From contig JALVDV010000010.1 in assembly GCA_027008775.1 (NCBI GenBank), positions 96,529 through 160,528 on the forward strand: a stretch of DNA of 64,000 bases, in the 5' to 3' direction. Source of the DNA: Candidatus Moraniibacteriota bacterium (GTDB taxonomy: Bacteria > Patescibacteriota > Minisyncoccia > Moranbacterales > DUUL01). A program made the translations under genes and the position numbers. This document shows, piece by piece, positions 47,633-57,900 of the stretch; position 1 is the first letter of the stretch; each line of letters starts with the position of its first letter. The notes beneath the pieces were generated by a model. That model searched no databases. It worked only from the letters and a program-made list of their open reading frames with translations, and was not told the DNA's origin.

Positions 47633-48400
47633 TTACTGTTTACTTCTTTGGATGACTTCTTTGGCCAGTTGACGATAAGCTCGCGCCCCACTGTTGAAAG
47701 TGTCAAAATTGAGAATTGATTTGCCGAAACTGGGTGCTTCCGCCAAACGAACAGTACGAGGAATAACCGCCGAAAAAACTTTGTCGGGAAAATGTCGTCT
47801 AACTTCCTTAACCACCTGCTTGGCCAGCTTGTTCCGTTTGTCGTACATCGTCATCAATATTCCACCCAGGCGCAAAGAGGGTTGCAGATTTTGTTGAACC
47901 AAATCTATAGTGTTCAAAAGTTGACCCAAGCCTTCCAAAGCAAAGTATTCGGTTTGAACGGGAATAATCACTTCGTCGGCGGCCACCAGACCGTTGATGG
48001 TTAACAGACCCAAGCTGGGCGGAGAATCTATAATGATGAAGTCATAGAGATGTTTGACTGTTTCCAAAACTTTTTGTAGGCGATATTCCCTGTTTTCCAG
48101 TTCGGCCAATTCCACGGTGGCGCCGGCCAAATCCTGGTTGGCGGGCAAGATATGCTGATTTTCCGTTTCCGTTTGCAGGATCAAATCCAAGGGGTGAGCG
48201 TTCCCCAAAAGCGCTTCGTAAAGTCCGGCAGACAGATTGGGTACATCAACACCTAATCCACTGGAAGCGTTGGCTTGAGGATCAAGGTCAACTAAGAGCA
48301 CTTTTTGGCCTTCATCGGCCAAGTAGCTGGCCAAGTTGATGGCCGTGGTGGTTTTGCCCACTCCTCCTTTTTGATTGATTAGGGAAATGGTTTTGCCCAT
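47633..48400 (-). CDS. parA: Chromosome partitioning ATPase ParA/Soj
   Basis: The deviant Walker A motif KGGVGKTT is present. Confidence 0.92.
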   Translation of the reverse strand: MGKTISLINQKGGVGKTTTAINLASYLADEGQKVLLVDLDPQANASSGLGVDVPNLSAGLYEALLGNAHPLDLILQTETENQHILPANQDLAGATVELAELENREYRLQKVLETVKHLYDFIIIDSPPSLGLLTINGLVAADEVIIPVQTEYFALEGLGQLLNTIDLVQQNLQPSLRLGGILMTMYDKRNKLAKQVVKEVRRHFPDKVFSAVIPRTVRLAEAPSFGKSILNFDTFNSGARAYRQLAKEVIQRSKQ

Positions 48401-48555
48401 AAAAATGACGACACTAAAAAAATTTAGAAAATTTTGTTCCGGGTTTCATTCTGCTTGTCACATTATACTAAAAAACAAAACACCGGGCAAACGAATCGGT
48501 TTTAGATATGAAAAAAGCGGAAGCTTCGGCTTCCGCTGAGAAACCATTTTTCCCC

Positions 48556-49032
48556 TCACCTCCTTGGTGGAGGTGGAGGTGGAGATGGAGATGGAGGGTG
48601 TCGCCTCATCGGTTGCCCCTGGTGATAATAAGGGGCGGAGCGCTGAGACGCCGATGCCGGCGGTGGAGGGGGCACCGCCTGCACCTGTGATGGACGAGGT
48701 GTTGGCGTTGGAGGAGGGGGTGAGATATACCTCGCCCGTTGCCCCTGCTGATAATAAGAGGCGGACCGGCGAGGTGTTGGCGCCGGAGGGGGCGCCGGGC
48801 GGGGGAAGCGCTCTTGGAGACAGACACGTTGTCCCCCTAGGTACACGCAAACCCGGCCGAAACGCCGGGTTGCGTACGCCCCGTGATTTTTCCCCCACAG
48901 CTGAAGGCTGTGGGAAGAAAATTTGAATCCCTTCCCCCGGAACTCCCAAAAAATACTTGGGAGTTCCCACTGGGCCAGAACCGGCCCAGTGGAAAAAATG
49001 AAAAAAATAAAAAATAAAAAAATTTTTTTCAT
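48556..49032 (-). CDS. Secreted proline-rich repeat protein, GC-shifted
   Basis: A strong SD (GAAGGAGGT) precedes the ATG. The signal peptide MKKIFLFFIFFIFSTGPVLAQ is AT-rich. The body is a Pro-rich tandem repeat of the form RSAxYYxQGQ…PPPP. Confidence 0.6.
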   Translation of the reverse strand: MKKIFLFFIFFIFSTGPVLAQWELPSIFWEFRGKGFKFSSHSLQLWGKNHGAYATRRFGRVCVYLGGQRVCLQERFPRPAPPPAPTPRRSASYYQQGQRARYISPPPPTPTPRPSQVQAVPPPPPASASQRSAPYYHQGQPMRRHPPSPSPPPPPPRR

Positions 49033-49101
49033 ACTACCTCCTTCGCCCCGATTACCGGGGCTCTAAATTTTTTTAATTTTATAAGGTACTCATCTGCCTT
49101 G

Positions 49102-49130
49102 ATTGTACAACATTTTTGGAAAAATGTCAA
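49102..49130 (-). promoter_or_regulatory. Exact consensus promoter TTGACA-N17-TACAAT for the Pro-rich protein gene
   Basis: Read on the minus strand, the 5'UTR then contains a GCCCCGG-taat-CGGGGC hairpin immediately before the SD. Confidence 0.6.
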
Positions 49131-49278
49131 TGGTTTAAAGAACTCGTCAGGCGCGATAAGGTGGCTTACGTTGGCTGAGCAACCCTCCCCGACCGGGGTT
49201 TTTGCTCGGCTTTTTCAGCTAGAAAAATACGTTCTAAGACTGGAAAATTCCAGCGCATTAGAAATGAAGTTGATAAAA

Positions 49279-49312
49279 ACAGCCCCGCTCGCGCGAGCGG
49301 GGCTGTTTTGCT
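49279..49312 (-). terminator. Terminator after rplL
   Basis: The hairpin AAAACAGCCCCGCTCGC-GCGAGCGGGGCTGTTTT is present. Confidence 0.8.
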
Positions 49313-49333
49313 GTGACGACAAATAAATTAGTT

Positions 49334-49783
49334 TTATTTCAATTCCACAGTAGCGCCGGCTTCTTCCAATTGTTTTTTCATCTCTTCCGCTTCTTCTTTG
49401 GCCACTTTTTCTTTGATAACTTTAGGCGCTCCGTCCACAATATCTTTGGCTTCTTTTAAGCCAAGTCCAGTGATGGTCTTGACAGCCTTGATAACATTTA
49501 TTTTAGAATCTCCGGCGGAAACCAATTCCACGTCAAATTCTGATTTTTCTTCTCCGGCGCCACCCTCTTCTCCAGCGCCACCGGCAACGGCTCCGGCAAC
49601 AGCCACGGGAGCGGCGGCGGATACTCCGAATTTTTCCTCCAAGATTTTGACCAGTTCCGCCAAATCCAAAACACTCATTTTTTCAATTTCCTCCACCAGT
49701 TTTTGGAATTTTTCGGGAACCTCAACTTCTTTTTTCTCTTCCTTAGTTTCTGCGGAAGTCTCTTTTTTCTTGTCTTCAGACAT
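49334..49783 (-). CDS. rplL: 50S ribosomal protein L7/L12
   Basis: An Ala/Gly-rich hinge and the L12 C-terminal domain are present. Confidence 0.92.
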   Translation of the reverse strand: MSEDKKKETSAETKEEKKEVEVPEKFQKLVEEIEKMSVLDLAELVKILEEKFGVSAAAPVAVAGAVAGGAGEEGGAGEEKSEFDVELVSAGDSKINVIKAVKTITGLGLKEAKDIVDGAPKVIKEKVAKEEAEEMKKQLEEAGATVELK

Positions 49784-49845
49784 AATCTTTTTTTACTGAT
49801 TAAATTATTTATAAATTATTTACTTAACAAATTTGATTGATTGGT

Positions 49846-50367
49846 TTAGGCTTCTTTCTTATCCTTGATGGCCTGTAAAACATAAACCAGATTTCGCAAA
49901 TTGCCGGAAAGGGTATTGACTAAGCCGGACACCGGCGACTTCAAACTGCCCACCACTTTGGCCAAAAGCTCTTCCTTGCTTGGCAACTTGGCCAGAGCAA
50001 CGGTTTCCGACTGAGTAAGAGGCTTCTTTTCCAGTATTCCGGCCAAAATTTTTAAATTCTCGTTATCTTTGGCAAATTTATTGATTATTTTGGGAGCGGA
50101 AACTTCATCTTCTCCGCCGTAAACAAAAGCCAGTTGCCCTTCCATTTCTCTAACATTCAGATCAATTTTCTGGTCATCTAAAGCCACTTGCGCAACCGTT
50201 TTCTTTAGGACCTTCATATTGATTCCGTGCTCTCGCAATTCCCGACGTAAAGCGTTGATATCAGCCACGGACATTCCTTTGAAATCAACGATAACTGTTG
50301 TTTTGCTATTGATTAAATTTTCTATAAATTGCTTGGCCAGTTCTTTTTTTTGCTCTCGGGTTAACAT
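49846..50367 (-). CDS. rplJ: 50S ribosomal protein L10
   Basis: It starts from MLTREQKKELAKQF and has the L10 fold. Confidence 0.88.
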   Translation of the reverse strand: MLTREQKKELAKQFIENLINSKTTVIVDFKGMSVADINALRRELREHGINMKVLKKTVAQVALDDQKIDLNVREMEGQLAFVYGGEDEVSAPKIINKFAKDNENLKILAGILEKKPLTQSETVALAKLPSKEELLAKVVGSLKSPVSGLVNTLSGNLRNLVYVLQAIKDKKEA

Positions 50368-50597
50368 ATTTTTAGTTGAATTCGTTAAAAGATGGTTGAA
50401 TAGTTTGCGCAAAATAAAAAATCCGCCAACGGCAGACCAAAGACAAAACAATAATTTTACTTTCTCCTCGTTAGGACTTACGGTTGCCTAAGGTCTACGG
50501 ATTTTCTATTCGGTTGTGCTTGTTATTCTAGCAGAGAAAAAAATATTGTCAAGGTTTGAGAATATTTTTCGGGAGGTAGCCGACTAGAGGTACCCGG
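50368..50597 (-). promoter_or_regulatory. Candidate L10 (rplJ) leader 5'UTR
   Basis: A roughly 230-nt structured untranslated region lies upstream of rplJ. This is the position of the L10-L12 autoregulatory leader in many bacteria. Confidence 0.3.
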
Positions 50598-51248
50598 CTA
50601 GAATAATCCGTAGAAGCCACCCAAACCTATACCAATAACATTGTTGACAAATATTTTCAGAACACTGTTGAAAACCAAACCAAAAACATCGGAAAAGAGA
50701 AGTAAGAATATTACCAAGAAAACGAAACCGTATTGTTCCAGGGTCCTTTGCGTGTGCTCGGAAACGGGAATGATGGCAAAAAGCAATTTGGAACCGTCCA
50801 GGGGAGGAATGGGGAAAAGATTGAAAACCATCAGAAGAATATTGATAAAAACAGTGATGGCTAAAATCATTAGAAGAAAATCGTTGTCAATGTTAAAAAC
50901 TAGGAGAGCTTTCAACAAAACACCCGCCAATAAAGCCAGGAGCAGATTGGAAAGCGGTCCGGCCAGACCAACCAAGGCCGGTCCGTATTTCTGATTCCGC
51001 AAATTGTAGGGATTGTAGGGAACCGGTTTGGCCCAACCAAAAAGAAAAGGAGAATGAGCCAGGAGTAGAAAAGCCGGAACGATAAAAGACCCGAACAAAT
51101 CCAGGTGATTGACCGGATTGAAATTTAAGCGATTAGCCAATTTAGCGGTGGGGTCACCCAACCAATAAGCCATATATCCGTGAGAGACTTCGTGGACAAT
51201 GACGGAAAAAATTAAGATTATGATCTGGATAGTGGTGGAGATATCCAT
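50598..51248 (-). CDS. Site-2 protease family (M50) membrane zinc metalloprotease
   Basis: HEVSHG (HExxH) lies in a TM helix and the motif NLFPIPPLDGSK is present. Confidence 0.8.
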   Translation of the reverse strand: MDISTTIQIIILIFSVIVHEVSHGYMAYWLGDPTAKLANRLNFNPVNHLDLFGSFIVPAFLLLAHSPFLFGWAKPVPYNPYNLRNQKYGPALVGLAGPLSNLLLALLAGVLLKALLVFNIDNDFLLMILAITVFINILLMVFNLFPIPPLDGSKLLFAIIPVSEHTQRTLEQYGFVFLVIFLLLFSDVFGLVFNSVLKIFVNNVIGIGLGGFYGLF

Positions 51249-51256
51249 TTATTTTA

Positions 51257-51285
51257 TTGACATTTAGTTGTTTATTTGTTACAAT
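51257..51285 (+). promoter_or_regulatory. Exact consensus promoter TTGACA-N17-TACAAT for rpmB
   Basis: The exact hexamers lie about 70 nt upstream of the rpmB ATG. Confidence 0.6.
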
Positions 51286-51357
51286 TCCGCTGTTACTTTG
51301 TGAAGTTTACAATACTTTACCCTGTTTGACAAATTTGTAATAAATAAATTCAAAGTT

Positions 51358-51534
51358 ATGGCACGTTGCGCTGTTTGCGGGAAGAAGGCAATCACTGGCA
51401 ATAATCGTTCTCATTCCAATGTGGCCACCAAACGCAAGTTTAGAGTGAATATTCAAAGCAAAGTTATTGATGGTCGCAAAATGAAAATCTGTACCGCTTG
51501 TTTACGAACGATGAATAAAAACTTGACTGCTTAG
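51358..51534 (+). CDS. rpmB: 50S ribosomal protein L28
   Basis: Manual translation gives MARCAVCGKKAITGNNRSHSNVATKRKFRVNIQSKVIDGRKMKICTACLRTMNKNLTA. At 58 aa it is below the cutoff of the ORF track. Confidence 0.85.
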   Translation: MARCAVCGKKAITGNNRSHSNVATKRKFRVNIQSKVIDGRKMKICTACLRTMNKNLTA

Positions 51535-52337
51535 AAATTAGGAGTAGTTTCTTTTCCGTTATTTCTTGTATTTCTTACAACTTGTTCAATTTTTAAACCC
51601 TTCCGCTTGATTTCCCGAAGGGTTTTTTGTTTGTTACTTAGGTCAATTTTCAAGCTTTCGGTTATAGGGAAGTTGCCCACTCTGGTGCGAATAAGGGATG
51701 TTAAATAACCGCCGGTGCCGAGTTTTTCACCGATTTCCCGGGCCAGGGAACGAATGTAAGTTCCGGACCCAACCGTGCATTTGATTTTTAGAATGGCTTC
51801 TTTTGCGGAAGTAGCCGAATTGTTTTGAGATCGCCGGTAGTCAAGTATTTCAATATTTTTGATGTTGACCCAACGACTGGGTGGATTAAACTGTTCTCCC
51901 CGTCTGGCCTTGCGGTAAGCTCTCTCCCCTTTTATTTTGACAGCGCTGTAGAGAGGCGTTTTTTGTTTGATGCGACCGATAAAACCGACTAAAACTTTTT
52001 CAATGGTCGGCTGTTCGGGAAATTTTTTGACATTCACGATTGTCTTTTCTCCCTCTTCGTCATCGGTAGAACTATAGAAACCAAGTTTGATTTCGGCAAT
52101 GTACTCTTTGTCTTGGGAGGAAATTTTTTGCAAGTTCTTGGTAGCTCTTCGTCCGACAGCCACCACCAAGACACCTTCCGCCAGAGGATCTAAGGTGCCG
52201 GCGTGTCCCACCCGTTTTTCTCCGGTCAATTTTCTGATTTGTTGTACAATGGCAAAAGATGATAACCCTTTTGGTTTGTAAACATTCAGAAAATATCCCG
52301 AGGAAGAGGTTTTTATGTCTTCGGTTGACATAAGCAT
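51531..52337 (-). CDS. truB: tRNA pseudouridine(55) synthase
   Basis: The TruB motif GHAGTLDPLAEGVL is present. Confidence 0.88.
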   Translation of the reverse strand: MLMSTEDIKTSSSGYFLNVYKPKGLSSFAIVQQIRKLTGEKRVGHAGTLDPLAEGVLVVAVGRRATKNLQKISSQDKEYIAEIKLGFYSSTDDEEGEKTIVNVKKFPEQPTIEKVLVGFIGRIKQKTPLYSAVKIKGERAYRKARRGEQFNPPSRWVNIKNIEILDYRRSQNNSATSAKEAILKIKCTVGSGTYIRSLAREIGEKLGTGGYLTSLIRTRVGNFPITESLKIDLSNKQKTLREIKRKGLKIEQVVRNTRNNGKETTPNF

Positions 52338-52350
52338 TTGTCGGGAAATT

Positions 52351-53763
52351 TTAGATTTCGTTTTGGCTAATCAACTCAGTGAGCAACCTTACTGCCGGGG
52401 CAGCTGCTCCTTTGGCCAATTGTTCTTGAGGAACGGCAGTCATACGGGGAGCGATATCAAGGTGCGCCCAATTTGAGCAATCTTTGATAAAGTTCCAAAG
52501 AAAAATTCCGGCGGTAATAGTGCTGCCTTCACCCGGTTTGGCTTTAGTGTTAATGTTGGCAATGTCCCCTCTTTCTCCGATTATGTCTTGTTCGTATTCC
52601 TCCCAAAGAGGTAGTTCCCAAACATAATCGCCGGTAAATTCAGACATTTTTCTAATTTTTTCCGCCAGTTCTTCGTTTCGGGTCATTAAGGCGCTGGCTT
52701 TGGTTCCCAGAGCGACCAGGGAAGCGCCGGTTAAAGTAGCGACATCAATGACCGCTTTCGGTTTGAGTTTTTGGGCGTAAATCAAAGCCTCGGCAAGGAT
52801 AAGACGACCTTCGGCGTCAGTATGACCAATTTCTACCGAAAGTCCGTTACTCATTTTGATAACATCACCGGGACGCATACTGGAGCCAGAGGGCATATTT
52901 TCCACTGCTGGAATGAGAACGATGATATTCCTTTTTGTTTTCAGTTTGGCCAGAGCCAGGAGAGTAGCTAAAACAGAAGCGGCGCCACTCATATCCATCA
53001 TCATATCAAGAGCGTGCGGATGAGGTTTGGTGTCCAGACCGCCACTGTCAAAAGTAACTCCCTTGCCCACCAGGACAATTGGTTTCTCCTTTTTGTTTCC
53101 GACCAAATATTTGAGAATGATAAATTTAGATTCTTCCTTGCTCCCCTGTCCCACTGTTAAAATGCCATTCATTTTTCTTTTTTTCATTTCTTTTTCTCCC
53201 CAAACTTGAAGTTTAATCGGAGTTTTTTTGATTGCTTTTTTAATTTCCGTCACCAGTTTAGTGGGAGTCAAATCACTGCCGGAGATATTGGCCAGTTCCC
53301 GAGCGTAATTGACCATTTGGGCCACGGTTTGTCCCCGGCGTAAACCGGCTTGCAAGGAGCGAGCTTGTCCGGACCAACCCTCTAAAGAAATGGCAACCGA
53401 TTTGACTAAAGGCCAACCTTCTTTTGGCTTGCTTTTATAACGTTGAAAATCATAGTTGGCCATTTCCAGGGCTTCACTGAAAAGAGCGCCGAGGTGTTTT
53501 TCATCTTTTTCGGAAAGGTGTCCGGTTAATTCCCGCCAGGACAAAAAAAGTTTTTCTTCTCGATTTGCTTTGGCTGTCCGAATAATTTTGCGAGCCAAGA
53601 CAATCCACTTTCGCAAATTCATTTTTTTTGGTTCCGGTGTCTTTATTTCCAGAATTTTTCGACCGTTTCGTGAACAAAGTCTATCTTGCGCAATTTTGTG
53701 ATTTAAGACAACTTCGGTCAGTTTTTTGTCTTGCGGTTTTTCTTTAACTATCTTAATTTGCAT
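52351..53763 (-). CDS. pepA: Leucyl aminopeptidase (M17)
   Basis: The M17 active-site region (NTDAEGRL) is present. Confidence 0.88.
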   Translation of the reverse strand: MQIKIVKEKPQDKKLTEVVLNHKIAQDRLCSRNGRKILEIKTPEPKKMNLRKWIVLARKIIRTAKANREEKLFLSWRELTGHLSEKDEKHLGALFSEALEMANYDFQRYKSKPKEGWPLVKSVAISLEGWSGQARSLQAGLRRGQTVAQMVNYARELANISGSDLTPTKLVTEIKKAIKKTPIKLQVWGEKEMKKRKMNGILTVGQGSKEESKFIILKYLVGNKKEKPIVLVGKGVTFDSGGLDTKPHPHALDMMMDMSGAASVLATLLALAKLKTKRNIIVLIPAVENMPSGSSMRPGDVIKMSNGLSVEIGHTDAEGRLILAEALIYAQKLKPKAVIDVATLTGASLVALGTKASALMTRNEELAEKIRKMSEFTGDYVWELPLWEEYEQDIIGERGDIANINTKAKPGEGSTITAGIFLWNFIKDCSNWAHLDIAPRMTAVPQEQLAKGAAAPAVRLLTELISQNEI

Positions 53764-53876
53764 ATTGATGTAAATTAATTGCCGATTAGTAATTTTATTT
53801 GTCTCTGAATATTTTAAAACTAACCCAGTTCCAAGAAAAAAGCAACCTATTTTTCAAAGCCGGAATTCGTGTTAGG

Positions 53877-54623
53877 ATGGGACTGTGTTTAATTTTAGAG
53901 AGATTGTCAAAAAAAGTGAAAAAATTGATTATCGGACATCGGGGACTTAAAGGAATGATTGCCGAAAACACGGCGGAAAGTTTTAAAAAAGCCAAGGAGC
54001 TGGGCTTGGATGGAGTGGAACTGGACGTCAGAAAAAGCGCTGACGGCGAAGTGGTTGTTTTTCATGATAAAAGATTGGATAGAATGACAAACGCCCGAGG
54101 ATTGGTGCGTAAAAAAACATTGGCAGAATTGAGGTGCTTAAGAATCGGGGGAGGCGGAAAAATTATGACTCTAGCTGAAGCCTTGCAAATTATCGGACCA
54201 AAAATGATTGTTGATGTTGAGATTAAAGAGGAAGGTTTGGCTGAAAAAGTTGGGCAAATTGTAGATAAATTTGTAAAAAATAACGGTTTTGTTTATTCCA
54301 ATTTTGTATTGTCTTCTTCTAGTAATAAAGTTCTGCGAGAAATTTTTTCCCTAAAACAGTTAAAGACGAGAGCGAGAATGAGAATTGGAAAAATTTTTCG
54401 TTGGCGAAATGCTTGGGAATTATTAAAAAATGATTTCGCAAAATATGATTTGGTAGTTGTCAATCAGTACATTCTTTTGAAAAGATATTGGTTGAAAAAG
54501 CTTGGAAAAAGTAATGTAGATTTGTGGATTTATCAAATCAGAAACCCGGAGGAAATTGTTGTAAATGATAATTATTTGCAAGGATTGATAGTGGATTCTT
54601 GGGAAAGCGGAATTGAGCGCTAG
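53877..54623 (+). CDS. Glycerophosphodiester phosphodiesterase
   Basis: The GDPD motifs IGHRG and ELDVRKSADGEVVVFHD are present. The exact start is uncertain. Confidence 0.8.
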   Translation: MGLCLILERLSKKVKKLIIGHRGLKGMIAENTAESFKKAKELGLDGVELDVRKSADGEVVVFHDKRLDRMTNARGLVRKKTLAELRCLRIGGGGKIMTLAEALQIIGPKMIVDVEIKEEGLAEKVGQIVDKFVKNNGFVYSNFVLSSSSNKVLREIFSLKQLKTRARMRIGKIFRWRNAWELLKNDFAKYDLVVVNQYILLKRYWLKKLGKSNVDLWIYQIRNPEEIVVNDNYLQGLIVDSWESGIER

Positions 54624-54993
54624 GCTTAGGAAGGTATGATTATTGTTGTTTGGTGATATTTGCTTTTTATAAATTTTATGGATGCGTTTCTGCTAAAAAA
54701 AGAAGCCCCCGCCTGGATAGGGAGTGTTATCCCTAGGCGAGGGCTGACAAGGAGGTTGGGAGGGTTGCCATGATTTGTTTTCATTATAACAAGTGAAATT
54801 TGCTGCGTCAATTTTTGCAATTCTAAGTTCAACAATTAATTACAACACTCCAAATAAATATTAAACTAATTAGGTAGTAATTAGAAAATATTTATGAGTG
54901 TTAAAATTAAAAAATCACCTTTCGTTAAGCTGGAATTTTAAAACAACTCTCCCAATCGGGAGAGTTGTTTGTTGTGTGACTAAACCGCTTATT

Positions 54994-57900
54994 TTAGTAG
55001 GTTTCGCGGAAAGTATGAGGTCGACAAGGCGGACACTGCTTAACCTCATTGTGACAGCTTTTGCCGGTGGCCGATTTGTATTCCTTTTCTGACACTTGTA
55101 TGTAGGGAGCGTTGTTGGGGAAACATTTCTTGTCGTGTTTACGCGCTTGTTTTGTTATGATTACTCTTTCTCCACAATGTCCGTTACAGGCGCCAGGATT
55201 GATAGTTATACAACTATAGTCAAACTTCGGCACGCATTCGCAATTCTCATCTCCACCGGCTAAATCGTAGTAATCTTTAGGAACCAAGTTACCATAATTG
55301 ATATTGGTGTCTGTGAAACTACCGATATGTCTATTTGATTCTCCGGCTGTTCCACAGCGCCAGACATATTTTCCATCAATAAAGGCTAGACTATTAAAAT
55401 TTCCAAACCGACAGGCATCAGTTAATGATTTATATGGCGAGGACGTTGGATCATCATTACAAGCCGCCTTACTTTTAGCTCTACAAGTTGTTGTTTGCCC
55501 ATTTAAGCTACACTGCCAAGAATAACCTCCTTCATATTCTGATTGGTCGGTAAAATTAGAAACAACAGCATTTGCCGGTTGACATAATCCTTCCGAGTTT
55601 TCATTTAACTCATGAGTACCATAAGTCCCATCGGAAGCCGGGCCACAATCAACCCTTTGGGAGGCATGACATTCGGCATTTTTACCAGTTCCCCTGCCAA
55701 GGCATTGCCAGTTGGCCACGCCGTTAACAAATTCTGGATTAGTTGGCAATGGTTGCCCTGTGCTACAAAGTGGTTTACTAGGAGTAACAGCTGTTGACGG
55801 ATAATTGTTGCGACTAGCGCCAGGATTACAAACACCATCTGCATTGCAATTATCAACAGTGACTTCCCAAGAAAGCCGTCGAGCAGGTAAAATTATTGGC
55901 TGATCGTTAATTGCCTTCTGAGCAAGATTAAAGAAATCATCACTAGGTGACCACCAGTGAACCTTGACCGTTCCTTCTTTCTTTTCTGGATCCCAACTTT
56001 GCAGAGCATTTAAATCTCTGGCTGTTTGATAAGCGGTATATTCACGCCAAACTCCGTCACCGCATATTACCAGTACTTTTTCTCCAGAATCTTTAAAATG
56101 TTCAATACTCGTTGATTCGTAGTTTATTGCTGGGTTTCTTGGTATCCCAATATTTCTTAAACTAGATATCAATGACCAAATTTTGGCTTGAGTTTCACCA
56201 ATATGAGCCGTGACTCTTACTTTACCAGATTTTCCGGGTTGAGCTTGACAAATTAATCCATTACACTTCAAAATACTGTTGTCACTGGAAGTCAAATAAA
56301 CATTCGGTTTTTTAGCCGTCCAATAAATATAACCTTTGTTATAAGGGAAGGCTCCTTGTATTTCCAAGCTATTTCCGTAATCCGGGTGTTTTATATTACC
56401 TCCAAAACAGGAAGCATTTCTGTAATTATCACAAAATTTCCCAAAAGGAGTATCGTAAACATCACCAGCGCTGGTAAAAAACAGTTCCGGTTGATATCTA
56501 TAAGTCGCATTACCGTTACAAGATAAAACTGACTGTCCATTAATTTTGTGAGTTACTGTCACAATGTTATGGGCTATATAATAATAGGCTGGCTTCTGTT
56601 CTTTGACCAAGTTAGAATAATATCTGATGTGGAAATGGTTGATTGTGCTGGCTACACTTCCGCTGTAAGCCAAAGCTGGTTTGCCGGATGCAATTACGAG
56701 CAATCCTCCCGAAAACAGTAGCAAGAAAATAATTGTAAAATAGTTCTTCATTTTTTTAAGCAATAAAACCAAAATTATTATCAATACCGCTCCCAATACT
56801 ATCAGTATAACCGTTATAGTGTTTTTGCCTATGTTTTTGCTTCCCGCCAGACCTGTTTGCTGGCCGGATTTGGATTTCAATAATTTCCTGTCCAGTTCTA
56901 CCGAGTATTGATCCATTAGCATACCGGAAGAGTCCTTGAGCTGAGCGGTTAATTTTAAATAATCGTAGTCTTTTTTAGCCGGAAAACTTTTCTTAACAGC
57001 CTGCATTGCACCAGTGATATTTCCTTGGCGGAAAACCCTCGTTACCAAATGCCCCTCTTTATCTGTTAACTTCACTTCCACTGTTCCCACAAACCTATCT
57101 TTATTGGTATTGTGGAAACAAGTAAATAAGTCAGCTGTTTCTCCTTTTTTCAAGGGAAATTTCGTTAAACCGGGGTAATTTAATCTGCCCCAATTAATTC
57201 CTTCTGTGACTACCCTGGTATTGATAATTGTCTTAGTTCCCTCTGTCTCGGCAATTGTTTGCAAGTAGTAAACCGACTTATTGGCTGAGGGTATGGTGTA
57301 AGTAACTGTTTTTTGGGAATTTGCCGGCAACACTATCTCCTTTTCTTGATTGTCAACAAGGTCTTTTTCATTTAAGGCGTCCCAGAAATATAATTTTTGA
57401 GACAACTTAGCCTTGACCTCATGGCCTAAGGGATTGACAAGAGTTTGTTCAATAACCACTTTTGTTTCCGGCGCCACTTTGGGCCAATTGCCGATGTGGT
57501 TGTATTTTTCTCCGTTCACTTTTGTTGCCTCTCGCTGAAAGTGGATGTTGTTTTTGATGGTAGAAGAGACGGTAAATTCCGAGCTACCGCCGACAATTTC
57601 GTTAGTAAATGGCAAACCGGCCAAATTAAATTTTTTGCCGACAGAGAAAAAGAAATCAGCCCGATATCTGCCTTCGGCCAAATTGGTGGGAATCGCCCAT
57701 TTAAAAGCAACCTTTTGAGAGGAGTTTTTGTCTAGAACAAGATTTTTTTTGGCAATAAATTCATCAACAATATCATTGCCCTGTTGATCAAACTTATCGC
57801 TGACCTTGCTTATTCGGACAAAGAGATTGCCGTCAAAAATCGGGTATCTATTTTTATTAGTTAATTTTCCCTGAAAGGTTACTTTTTCCTCCGGTTGGTA

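Noticed and set aside
46557-48400. parAB as a marker of the replication origin or of a plasmid
   Set aside because: There is no dnaA, dnaN or rep gene in the window, and the locus is embedded among chromosomal housekeeping genes. parAB alone is not diagnostic.
48458-48970. Alternative-frame ORFs (170 aa and 73 aa) overlapping the Pro-rich gene
   Set aside because: The GC-rich sequence lacks stops in all frames. Only the 48556-49032 frame has an SD, an ATG and a signal peptide.
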